Virus record (IMG/VR): IMGVR_UViG_3300014039_000538
Coordinates: 2,460 to 66,459 of that record
Length of the DNA: 64,000 nucleotides
Source of the DNA: a virus
Lineage: Duplodnaviria > Caudoviricetes
Strand: one strand, 5' to 3'
Shown one piece after another: positions 54,663-63,209 of this stretch (position 1 is the stretch's first letter; each line of letters begins with the position of its first letter). Position numbers and translations under genes: made by a program. The notes beneath the pieces are model-generated. The model saw only the letters and a list, made by a program, of their open reading frames with translations, was not told the DNA's origin and did not search any database.

Positions 54663-54797
54663 CAAACAAGGAAACAACTCCTGTTCCGTCAGATTGCAAG
54701 TTTGAGATTCCTGCGTCATATCGTGCTTTAATACAGTTTGCCCTTGAAAGTTTTTTCGGCTCTCGTATTGACAAATCAACTGCACATTGGCATGATT
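54643..54797 (-). CDS. TRD-like segment, out of frame with the MTase N-terminal part at the current repeat number
   Basis: ANCIKARYDAGISN...GTGVV; in frame if the repeat count is a multiple of 3. Confidence 0.5.
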
Positions 54798-55624
54798 CTC
54801 TGCTCTCTGCTCTCTGCTCTCTGCTCTCTGCTCTCTGCTCTCTGCTCTCTGCTCTCTGCTCTCTGCTCGATTGCCGGCAATATACCCCTAGCAACTAAAC
54901 TTTCAATCAGTTTATCCGCCTTTTCGCTCGTGATAAAAAACTGCTCGTCTACTTCCGTTTCTAAGTAGTCGTCTATCACTTTTTCAAGCGGTATGCTTTC
55001 AGGAAAATTAAACTCTATAAAGTCGTCTGAAAGCACACTTACCATAAAGCAACGCTCGCGATTCTGCGCCACTCCGTAATCTGCCGCGTTCATATCCGCG
55101 ATAAAATTACAGTAGCCTCTCTTCCGCAAGAACTCCGTCCAACTGTTAAAGTCGTCAATGTTCTTGTCCTGATGTACCTGCGGCACATTTTCCATAAGCA
55201 AGATGTCGGGAAGATTATCACCGCACTCCGTAAGAATCCGCTCTACTTCCCAAAGCAAACCCGACCGGGTAGACTTACCCTCCAGCCAGTCTTTTTTGCT
55301 CATACCCTGCATTTTTCCTGCCACCGACAAATCGGTACACGGAAACGAGTAAGTAAGTAAGTAAGTAAACTCATTCCGCCTTTCGATTCCTAAGTCAATA
55401 GCGTGTATATCTCTTACGTCGCTTGTTGTAAAGTTTGTGCCGTGAATCGCGTTGTAACTCTTCACTGCGTATTTATCAAACTCAACAAGTTTGTAATGTT
55501 CAAAATCAGCACCTATATCGCGCAATGCCATTGCCTGCGAGCCGATTCCGCCAAACAATTCTATAAGTCTGATTTTCTTTTCCACCTTCACTTCCGGGAA
55601 GTCAAAAAGACTTTGTCCTTTCAT
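54776..55624 (-). CDS. C5 DNA methyltransferase N-terminal part (motifs I-VIII)
   Basis: IELFGGIG, YSFPC, ENV, QNRERCF; stops 7 codons after the repeat. Confidence 0.9.
   Translation of the reverse strand: MKGQSLFDFPEVKVEKKIRLIELFGGIGSQAMALRDIGADFEHYKLVEFDKYAVKSYNAIHGTNFTTSDVRDIHAIDLGIERRNEFTYLLTYSFPCTDLSVAGKMQGMSKKDWLEGKSTRSGLLWEVERILTECGDNLPDILLMENVPQVHQDKNIDDFNSWTEFLRKRGYCNFIADMNAADYGVAQNRERCFMVSVLSDDFIEFNFPESIPLEKVIDDYLETEVDEQFFITSEKADKLIESLVARGILPAIEQRAESREQRAESREQRAESREQRIMPMCS
54798..54867 (+). repeat. Perfect heptamer tandem repeat (CTCTGCT)10
   Basis: Counted: 10 units with 7-nt period inside the MTase reading frame. Confidence 0.95.
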
Positions 55625-55959
55625 ACCCTCTCTCCGAAAATCACATACATCATTTGTTCAAGCGTTACGCTTCCGAAAGTCTCTTCAAAGCGCGCTTTTA
55701 CATCAGGTTTTATAAGTTCCGTTGTAAGAATATCGCGGTATTCCTGCGCTTTTTCGCCGTAACATTCAAAGATTCTTTTGTAAAACTCATAAGAAAAACC
55801 ACGGTCGCCGCTGCTTACAAGTGAGACGTACCCCGGATTGAATCCAAGTCTTTTACTCTGTTTTGCGACTGTCTCACCGAAATCAACGCGCAATTTTCCC
55901 AAAACTTTACCTACTTCGTTTCTAAAACAAGACGTACTTGAAAATCCCATTTTTCTCAC
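55621..55959 (-). CDS. HTH (XRE-like) protein
   Basis: GKVLGKLR...ETVAKQSKRLGFNPGYVSLVSSGDR. Confidence 0.55.
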   Translation of the reverse strand: MRKMGFSSTSCFRNEVGKVLGKLRVDFGETVAKQSKRLGFNPGYVSLVSSGDRGFSYEFYKRIFECYGEKAQEYRDILTTELIKPDVKARFEETFGSVTLEQMMYVIFGERV

Positions 55960-55965
55960 CTCACA

Positions 55966-56454
55966 TTAAAAAGGAATATCTTCCGGGAATCCGTCTTCTG
56001 ATGTTCCCATATCCTCATTACCGGCGTTATTTGCCGTTGCAAAACTCTTCTGCGGCGTAAAACTGCCGGTAGGGTTTCCGTTATTTTGAAAGCCACCGTT
56101 ATTATTACCGTCTGATTTTCCGCCTAAAAGCTGCACCGAATCAGCAACGATATAAACTTTTGAACGGTTATTGCCGGTTTCTTTGTCCTTCCAACGGTCT
56201 TGTTTCCAGTAACCATTTACCGCAATCTGTTTTCCCTTGCTCATGTAAGGTCTGAGGTTTTCAGCGGTCTTACCCCAAATAAGAACTTCAAAGTAATAAA
56301 CTTCGTCCGTCCACTCGTCATTTTTCTTTACGCTCTTGTTTACGGCGATACTTACATTCATTCTTGCCGTTCCGCTAGGTGTATAAGCAAAATTGCGCTC
56401 GTCAATGTCATGTGTAAGCCGTCCGATAACATTGTAATCATTTAAGTCTGTCAT
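55966..56454 (-). CDS. ssb: Single-stranded DNA-binding protein
   Basis: IGRLT.D...WGK.AE....KGKQIAVNG; acidic DIPF C-terminus. Confidence 0.92.
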   Translation of the reverse strand: MTDLNDYNVIGRLTHDIDERNFAYTPSGTARMNVSIAVNKSVKKNDEWTDEVYYFEVLIWGKTAENLRPYMSKGKQIAVNGYWKQDRWKDKETGNNRSKVYIVADSVQLLGGKSDGNNNGGFQNNGNPTGSFTPQKSFATANNAGNEDMGTSEDGFPEDIPF

Positions 56455-56460
56455 ATTTTT

Positions 56461-57246
56461 TTATCCCCTCTTTGCCCTGTAATCAGGTGCTTTTATCGTG
56501 ATTATTGCCGAGTTCTGCCTTAACCGGCTCAAAACATCGTTATTCACAAATCTTTCAAAACAAGAATCACAACCTTTTTTCGGGCAATCTCTTAAAAGGT
56601 GTGTATTTGTAAGAATCATAAACGGCAAGTCTCTTGTATGTCGTTTATCCAAAATATAACTAAGCCAGTTCAATTCTGCGTCGCTGCCTTTAGTTCTACC
56701 CATTTCGTCAATTACAAGCATAGGAATTGACGCCAAATCCTGCACAATTTCAAGTTCTGTCTTTTCTGCTCTTGCGGAGTAACTCATACGAATCATCGTT
56801 GTAATTTCGTACATTGACAAAATCTTGCCGCCAAGTGCCTTAACCGCCATACTTCCCAAGAAGGTTTTCCCCACTCCGTTAGAGCCTAACAGAATCACTT
56901 TCCCGGATTTTTCAGCAATCATTTTATTTACCGCTGCAAGTGCTTTTTCCTGCTCCGGCGTTTGCGGAATAAAGTCTTTTAATTCTTTATCCCAGTATTC
57001 AGGCTCGATATTGCGCGATTTATACATCGCTTCACGCTCGCGGCGTATGTATTCAGCCTGTCGCGCAAACTCTGCTTCCTGCTCTTTTTGACGCTCTTCT
57101 TTTTCGCACTCCGGGCAAACATATTCACGCTCGTCGCCGTATTCAATGTAACGCCCCCTTACTTTGCCGTGCTTTTCGCAAGTGTAGTCGCAATCGCAAG
57201 CTGTAAAATGCGGTATAAGTCCGCTAAACTTATCTGTTCCGTTCAT
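56461..57246 (-). CDS. DnaC/IstB-like AAA+ helicase loader
   Basis: CEKHG...CPEC zinc motif, GSNGVGKT, LVIDEMG, ILTN, SRL. Confidence 0.85.
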   Translation of the reverse strand: MNGTDKFSGLIPHFTACDCDYTCEKHGKVRGRYIEYGDEREYVCPECEKEERQKEQEAEFARQAEYIRREREAMYKSRNIEPEYWDKELKDFIPQTPEQEKALAAVNKMIAEKSGKVILLGSNGVGKTFLGSMAVKALGGKILSMYEITTMIRMSYSARAEKTELEIVQDLASIPMLVIDEMGRTKGSDAELNWLSYILDKRHTRDLPFMILTNTHLLRDCPKKGCDSCFERFVNNDVLSRLRQNSAIITIKAPDYRAKRG

Positions 57247-57257
57247 GCTCCGCCGCC

Positions 57258-58181
57258 TTACAACCGGATTTTACCTTCTAGCGGCGAATCTTCCGCGCCG
57301 TCCTTCCGCTTCAAGAAGTTCTCAACCTTGTAATTTTCCGGCAAGAATCTAAGAATCGTTTTCTTTTCGCAAAAGTGATAAAAGTCCTGCTCGCTGTTCC
57401 ACCAAGTTTTACCCTGCTTTTTCAGTTCCATAACTTCCGCATAGTTCTTTACTGCCTGAATTACATCGTCGCTATGCAGGTGAAGTTTCTGCAATTCACT
57501 GTTTGCAAGTCTAAAATCGCGCATTGTAAAGGTGATTAAGTTCCCTTTGCAGCATGGCAAGTTATGAGAGAATAAGACATCAAATACCTGTTCTGCGTAA
57601 TTCTTGCGCGGCTCTGATTGTGTCTCATACTCAAACTTTTCTCTTGCCTCGCTCTGTTCCGGCGTTTCTTCCTGAACTTCTTCTTTTGGTGTTTCAGTTG
57701 TTAAGGATTCCTTTACAACTGATTCAGCTTCTACTGGCGATTTCTTTTTATCCTCGCCGTTGTCAGCTTCCGGCGGTAAACAGTCGTAATGCTCCGCAAA
57801 AGTTTCTGTATCGCCGGCTTTTTTTGTCTTTTCACCGTCTTTGAGTGAATAAATGCCGGTAGATTTTTCAATAAGCTGCGCTTTTTCTTCCGGGTAGTTT
57901 GTATCTTTCACACGGTCGCCGCGAATCTTATTGTTAATTTTCCAGTGCTTTATCACATAGATTCCTGAATCAAAGCGAATCATAAAACCTTTAGTAACAA
58001 GAGTTTTTAAGTCGTTTTCCTGTGCTCCGCACATTCCGCAAATCCGGCGTGAACTGTTTATAAAGCCTTCGTCGTCGGCGTTCATTGCCATGTGAAAGTA
58101 CAAAGCCTGTGCAGAAAACGGCAAATCTAAAAATGCGTCCGATTCTGTGATAGACTTTGAAAACATTCTCCGCTCTGCCAT
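57258..58181 (-). CDS. Phage replication initiator/replisome organizer
   Basis: MAERRMFSKSITESDAFLDLP.SAQALYFH....ADDEGF...IKHW; likely start 58181. Confidence 0.8.
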   Translation of the reverse strand: MAERRMFSKSITESDAFLDLPFSAQALYFHMAMNADDEGFINSSRRICGMCGAQENDLKTLVTKGFMIRFDSGIYVIKHWKINNKIRGDRVKDTNYPEEKAQLIEKSTGIYSLKDGEKTKKAGDTETFAEHYDCLPPEADNGEDKKKSPVEAESVVKESLTTETPKEEVQEETPEQSEAREKFEYETQSEPRKNYAEQVFDVLFSHNLPCCKGNLITFTMRDFRLANSELQKLHLHSDDVIQAVKNYAEVMELKKQGKTWWNSEQDFYHFCEKKTILRFLPENYKVENFLKRKDGAEDSPLEGKIRL

Positions 58182-58200
58182 TTCCGTTACCCCCTTGTTT

Positions 58201-59217
58201 TTAGTCAATTCTTTTTGCGGCAAGATTTATAATTGCGGTCTTGTCGTAACCGATTCCGTTATCTGTGAGTAATTCCTTGAAAGTCGCAATCTGTCTTGCG
58301 CTGCCTTTCAAAACAATTCCCGGAATAATTTCAAGCCCCATTTCATCAGCAATAGCGCGTACACTGTCAATCTCACTTTCGTTTCCAAAAACATTGAAGG
58401 TGTAAACCGTGCCGCCTGTAGCTGCTGCCGGTGCTGCCTGTTTTGGAGCAACTTTTTCTACTTCGCGTGTTTCAAAATTGACATTGTAAGTGTCTTCAAC
58501 AGGCGCGCTTTCAGGTTCTTTTGTTTCTTCTTCCTGAATCCCGAAAGTTTCATTTTCTGCCTTTTCTTTTTCTTCGCGCGCCTTCTTTTCTGCTTCCAAC
58601 TGCGCAAGGCGATCGCGATTTGCTTTTAATTCTGCGCCCTTGTTTAAGGTCTGCTGCAAGTTGAGCGTGGACAGATACAAGTCCTTGAGAATCGCGGTGT
58701 CTTCGCCGAACGCGTCCAGTGAGGCAAGGTCGCCGGTAATATTTTTTATGATTGTGTCAATTTCAGCGTCTACCACTGCAAGTTTAGTAGTCTTATTCAG
58801 CCATTTTGTATTAAAAACGCGTTCGAGCGGCACAAGATTGAAGTTTTTGCCGTTCCAAAGTTCCGCAATCTGCGCTTTTTTATGTGCCTTTTCCTCTTCC
58901 TCTTTTGCCTTTACAATGACATCGAGTTTGCCGCTTGCGGTCTTCATCATGTCGCAAGTTTCTGAAATGATGTTCTTAAACTCTGCAAATGGCATATTCC
59001 ACTCTTTTTCAAGTGCGATTCTGCGGTCGTTCAAAGTCTTAATTGCAGCGTTGATTTCTGCCTTGTCTTTTGCAGCCTGTTTAGCGTCTCCGGCGTAATT
59101 GTCTACCGAATATTCTTTAAGTTTTTCCTCGACATACGCTTTAATGTCTTTTGCGTTTGTTACAAGGTTTCCAAGTGTTTTTTCTTTGATTATCAATGAC
59201 AAAGGATTTGTTTCCAT
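58201..59217 (-). CDS. DUF1351-like protein
   Basis: AKDKAEIN......LNDRRIALEKEW..PF.EF...; NKTT. Confidence 0.65.
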   Translation of the reverse strand: METNPLSLIIKEKTLGNLVTNAKDIKAYVEEKLKEYSVDNYAGDAKQAAKDKAEINAAIKTLNDRRIALEKEWNMPFAEFKNIISETCDMMKTASGKLDVIVKAKEEEEKAHKKAQIAELWNGKNFNLVPLERVFNTKWLNKTTKLAVVDAEIDTIIKNITGDLASLDAFGEDTAILKDLYLSTLNLQQTLNKGAELKANRDRLAQLEAEKKAREEKEKAENETFGIQEEETKEPESAPVEDTYNVNFETREVEKVAPKQAAPAAATGGTVYTFNVFGNESEIDSVRAIADEMGLEIIPGIVLKGSARQIATFKELLTDNGIGYDKTAIINLAAKRID

Positions 59218-59221
59218 TTCG

Positions 59222-60061
59222 TTATCCCCTTAATGCTAATTCTGCTAAGTTTTCAACCTGAACATTTTCCGACGTAGTCCATTGTGGAATCTGTAAATGT
59301 CCGGCTTTTTCAAACGCTCTTTCTACTTTTCCGCGCAAGTGCGGATATTTTTCAAAAAAAGCGTTCCAACCGTGTGCGTGGAAAAACTCATGTTCCTCGC
59401 GCGTCAGGGCAAGCACATTCCAAGCGCAATCTGCGAACTGCGGCGCGCTTCCTCGGCTTACGATGTGATGGCAATCTACGCTGCCGCCTAAACCGCTCGC
59501 CTCGCTGTAAACCGCTCTTTCTCTCCACTCGCTTACCGTCATATCGTCCTTAAAATCGTGTTCCTGCTTGCCGCGCCATATTTCCCACTCGTAGAGAACT
59601 TTTCTAACATCAGCTTGCAAGTCGTAATTAAGTTCGCATTGTGTAGCCAAGTGATACAGCAAACCGTCAATAAATCTTGCAGCCGCAACCGTGTTAGATT
59701 CTGAAATGTGTACCGCCCTTAAAGTGTCCTTCCTAAGCCTTGAAGGTATCTTGTCTGCATACTCTTCCAGTAAATCTAAATACAAGTCGTAGCGTTCGCT
59801 TTCTGTAGGTTTCCTGTCTTCCATGCTCTCGAAAATAACAGTGATTAACTTCCACACGCTGTTAAGCTGCTTATAGGTTCTGTGCTGAAATTGCGCGTCA
59901 ATTTCGCATTTCAAAAGAATCTCGCTCTTGCTGCGTTCTTCTCTAGCTTTCTTGCCGTTGAAAAGTCTGCAAATAAGCTGCAAGTCTTTTGAATCGGCGG
60001 CGCGCAAAACAATTTGATTCTTGTATAAAACGCCGTGGAAGAATCCTGTTATTTTCACCAT
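59222..60061 (-). CDS. Putative HNH-type nuclease
   Basis: DCHHIVSRG...LALTREEHEFFH..G...F; likely start 60061. Confidence 0.6.
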   Translation of the reverse strand: MVKITGFFHGVLYKNQIVLRAADSKDLQLICRLFNGKKAREERSKSEILLKCEIDAQFQHRTYKQLNSVWKLITVIFESMEDRKPTESERYDLYLDLLEEYADKIPSRLRKDTLRAVHISESNTVAAARFIDGLLYHLATQCELNYDLQADVRKVLYEWEIWRGKQEHDFKDDMTVSEWRERAVYSEASGLGGSVDCHHIVSRGSAPQFADCAWNVLALTREEHEFFHAHGWNAFFEKYPHLRGKVERAFEKAGHLQIPQWTTSENVQVENLAELALRG

Positions 60062-60068
60062 CCACCCC

Positions 60069-61019
60069 TTAAAAAAGTCCGTCTCCTGCCGGAATTTCAC
60101 TGTTGCCGTCGTACATTTCAGCCTGTGCGTCAAAAGCCGCGTCAATTCCTGCGTCGTCAGGAATTTCTGCCTGTGTTTCTGTCTTCTGTCTGATTTTTTC
60201 AGGCTCTTTTATTTCTGTGTCAATCACGTTTTCCGGCGAATAGTCAAAGTCTTTTGTAACCGTGTACTGATTGCCGTCCTTGATGATGTTTGTCTTAATG
60301 ATTGCGCTGTCGCCGTTTACTGCCTCTGCAATAAGCTCTGCGTTTTCAACTGCCTTCGGCGCATACTTCAAAACCTTTTTAAGAACGGTCTTTTTTGCCA
60401 TGCTTTCCGGGTCTGTAGTCCACGGCGATGTATAGCCCTTTTTCACGCTCTGTGAGTATTTTTTAGCATGATTCATTACGGCTTCCCATGACATAACCTC
60501 GAACGCGCTCGCGCCGTTTTTCAGCTCGTAAAGTCCGTAAACATAAATCGGCTTGTCTGATTTTTCGCGCGGTCTGTGAATAAGCTTCTCTTCCAGCCCG
60601 TATGAATAATCAAAATCGTCGCCTTCGTAGACAATGCGCGCAACGATTTTCTTGTACTGCCCGGTTCGGTAGCAAAGGTCAATCAGTCCCTGATAGCCTA
60701 ACTGGAATTGTGTTTCAAGCACGCCTTTATTCTGATACGGAATCAAGTAAGCCTGTCCGAGCGGCGTGTTGCACTCAAGTCCAAGCTGTGCGCTTGTAAG
60801 AAGTGCGCCCATAAAAGATTCCGGCGTAGAGTTCGCAAGTTTAGCGTCCTTTGAAAGTGCGGTGAGTGCAATTCTCATCATGCGTTCTGGCGTGATGTTT
60901 GCAGGAAGCGCGTTTTTAATTTGGTCGCTCATTTTTGCAACCCACTGTTTCAAAGTCGGCTTTGCGCCGTTGTTTACATTTGCAAGTTTTGTATTTGCGT
61001 TGTTTCCGTTTACATTCAT
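60069..61019 (-). CDS. recT: RecT-family single-strand annealing protein
   Basis: AQLGLECNTPLGQAYLIPY...QFQLGYQG...W......MAKKTV. Confidence 0.9.
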   Translation of the reverse strand: MNVNGNNANTKLANVNNGAKPTLKQWVAKMSDQIKNALPANITPERMMRIALTALSKDAKLANSTPESFMGALLTSAQLGLECNTPLGQAYLIPYQNKGVLETQFQLGYQGLIDLCYRTGQYKKIVARIVYEGDDFDYSYGLEEKLIHRPREKSDKPIYVYGLYELKNGASAFEVMSWEAVMNHAKKYSQSVKKGYTSPWTTDPESMAKKTVLKKVLKYAPKAVENAELIAEAVNGDSAIIKTNIIKDGNQYTVTKDFDYSPENVIDTEIKEPEKIRQKTETQAEIPDDAGIDAAFDAQAEMYDGNSEIPAGDGLF

Positions 61020-61032
61020 GTTTTCAGGTCTC

Positions 61033-61620
61033 CTAAATAAGGGCTACGCCCAGTTTGAAAAGTTTTCTGGCAACTTCTCTTGTCGCCTTAATATCTGCTA
61101 AAGCGTCATGCGCATTTTCAAGATTTACGCCCAAGTGTTTAGCAACCGTTCCCAGTTTTCTGTCAGGCAAGTACGGTAATGCTTTTTGCATACCGGCTTT
61201 TTTTACCTGTACAAAAACATCAGCAATAATGTTTGAGAAGTAGTCCTCAAACTTGTAACCGTTTCTTTCAAGCAACGCTTTCAGGTGCTTAATGTCAAAC
61301 TCGACATTGTAACCGGCTATAACTAACTTCTCGCTCTTGCTTCCGTCCTTCTGCCAAAGTTCGCGCGCCTCTACTAAGAAGTTCGCTATTTTCGGCATTT
61401 GCTCCCTCTCGTCAGGAAATGACTTTATATCCTGCTCCGAATATCCGTGTACCTTTCCGGCTTCCTCGTGATACTTGATTGTGTCATTCAGCGGATTCAG
61501 GAAGAAACACCTTTCACAAACCACGTTTCCGCCGTCCACCAAGATAAACGCAAGCTCAAAAGCTGCCGAATCAGCGACTTCAATCCCAGTCGTTTCTGTA
61601 TCAAGCCATAAAAACCGCAC
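61033..61620 (-). CDS. DEDDh 3'-5' exonuclease
   Basis: LDTETTG, AGYNVEFD, AHDALAD. Confidence 0.85.
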   Translation of the reverse strand: MRFLWLDTETTGIEVADSAAFELAFILVDGGNVVCERCFFLNPLNDTIKYHEEAGKVHGYSEQDIKSFPDEREQMPKIANFLVEARELWQKDGSKSEKLVIAGYNVEFDIKHLKALLERNGYKFEDYFSNIIADVFVQVKKAGMQKALPYLPDRKLGTVAKHLGVNLENAHDALADIKATREVARKLFKLGVALI

Positions 61621-61741
61621 TTTTCACCTCGATATTCTGTCGTTTCTGCTCATCAGCCCAACGCTTTATGAAAACCGCGCGGTTGATTTTCTTTTCCCGA
61701 AAATCAACTATGATTTTTTTGAACTCTGAAAAATCAAGCAT
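61601..61741 (-). CDS. Small hypothetical protein (46 aa)
   Basis: Translated by hand: MLDFSEFKKIIVDFREKKINR...; overlaps both neighbours. Confidence 0.4.
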   Translation of the reverse strand: MLDFSEFKKIIVDFREKKINRAVFIKRWADEQKRQNIEVKSAVFMA

Positions 61742-62750
61742 CTTGCATCTCCTTTAATTTTGTGATTCTAAGAACGCGGCTTACACTGTTTTTTGTGTAC
61801 TGCTCGTAAATTCCGGCTTTCTTCAGCGCGTTTGTGTCAATACGCTTTGAGGTCTGCGTATTGTAAGTTATCTTCCACGCTCCGATGACTGCCGTTGATT
61901 TTTCAGTGTTTTCTCCGTTGCTTGCGGCACTCATACGCATAAGAATCTGCTCTTTGATTGCGTCCGATTTCGACTGCAAATCTTTAATCTGCAAGTCGAT
62001 AGCCTCTTTTTCGTCAAGCATTGTTTCACAATCGCCGTCAAGTTCGATTTCTGCCGCCATAGGCAAGGATTTTACAAGTTCAAGTTCGTTTTCGTTTCCT
62101 GTAGGTGAAGGCGCGTTATCTGCAAGTACATTGTTTTCCCAAAAGTCTGTTTCGCGGTCGATAAGCTGCGCAATAAAATCATCGTTGCGCGGAATTACAT
62201 AATGTCTGCCTTCGTACTGGTCGAAAATAAAAACGGTGAGAACAAACCATGAAAGCCCGGTAACTGCCATATAGTGCTGCACTTGTGCGTAGTAACTGTC
62301 AGGGATTTCATCGTTTGTGAATCCCTCGCCGGTGCGTGATGTTTTAATTTCGTGTCCGCCAAGACCACTAACAACACTACCGGCGATTTCTTTTTCACCG
62401 TCCACAAAAACAAGTCCGTCAAAGTTCGCGTTCATAAACTCATGTTCTTTGTTGCGGAACATTCCCGGAACTGTCTCAATCTCAATTCCCAAGTCGGCGC
62501 GCGCCTTCTGTCTGATAGGGTCTTCAAGAATATTGCCCCATTCAGTAGCCTTATTGCCTTCAAAACTTGCAAAATCCTTTTTCGCAAGATAAACGCTTAA
62601 AGGCGTTGAGTACTTGTTAAGTCCCAAAATCGCCCCTGCGTCAGAACCGCCGATTCCGCTAGTTCTAAGTTTTAGCCATTCTTCATGGGTAAACTCGCTT
62701 GTGTCTGTAAAGTTCACATTTCCAAGTTCAAGAACTTTTTCATACAACAT
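61734..62750 (-). CDS. YqaJ-like (lambda-exonuclease family) recombination nuclease
   Basis: WLKLRTSGIGGSDA, ANFDG, EIKT, YYAQVQHYM. Confidence 0.9.
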   Translation of the reverse strand: MLYEKVLELGNVNFTDTSEFTHEEWLKLRTSGIGGSDAGAILGLNKYSTPLSVYLAKKDFASFEGNKATEWGNILEDPIRQKARADLGIEIETVPGMFRNKEHEFMNANFDGLVFVDGEKEIAGSVVSGLGGHEIKTSRTGEGFTNDEIPDSYYAQVQHYMAVTGLSWFVLTVFIFDQYEGRHYVIPRNDDFIAQLIDRETDFWENNVLADNAPSPTGNENELELVKSLPMAAEIELDGDCETMLDEKEAIDLQIKDLQSKSDAIKEQILMRMSAASNGENTEKSTAVIGAWKITYNTQTSKRIDTNALKKAGIYEQYTKNSVSRVLRITKLKEMQDA

Positions 62751-62785
62751 GGTTTTTGCTCCTTCTGCTTTGAGACATCAGCCGT

Positions 62786-62968
62786 CTATATTGTTTTAGT
62801 TATGCTGATTACTGTGTGAGTTTTCATAAAGATTTTCATTTCAGCTTGTGCGATTCTCAACAATCCCACCAAGACTGCACGCTTAAAGCGGCTTTTTGTA
62901 TGGATTGCCTGTGTTGTCAATCCGTCAATATTTATCTGCCTTCTTTCAAACTTATTCATGCTTTTCAC
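62786..62968 (-). CDS. Hypothetical protein
   Basis: 60-aa ORF in operon. Confidence 0.45.
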   Translation of the reverse strand: MKSMNKFERRQINIDGLTTQAIHTKSRFKRAVLVGLLRIAQAEMKIFMKTHTVISITKTI

Positions 62969-62969
62969 C

Positions 62970-63209
62970 CTACGCTATGAAGTATCTTTTTACCCGGCGT
63001 TTTTCGCCGTATCTATTTTTCACATCTTCCCAGGAGCTTGATATATTCACGCCCTTTTCTTGAAGTTCGAAAATTCTTGCCGATAACCTAGTCTCCCCTA
63101 AGTCGGTTATCGCCTGCAAAGTTGAGATTGAGCCAAAATCAATCATGTAGTCGAAAACCCTTTGTTGGGTAACGCTCAGCCCAATCTTTTCTAAACCGTC
63201 GCTTTTCAA
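62970..63209 (-). CDS. Winged-HTH protein
   Basis: QQRVFDYM...GSISTLQA...LGETRLSARIFEL...Y.I. Confidence 0.7.
   Translation of the reverse strand: MKSDGLEKIGLSVTQQRVFDYMIDFGSISTLQAITDLGETRLSARIFELQEKGVNISSSWEDVKNRYGEKRRVKRYFIA

Noticed and set aside
54798-54867. Tandem repeat as a CRISPR array
   Set aside because: 7-nt units without spacers; no cas genes or CRISPR-like arrays seen in the window.
57550-57850. Iterons in the initiator gene
   Set aside because: No convincing direct repeats by eye; the origin was not located.
61682-61736. Two TGATTTT/AAAATCA inverted repeats
   Set aside because: AT-rich, inside a plausible 46-aa ORF, no promoter or U-tract context.
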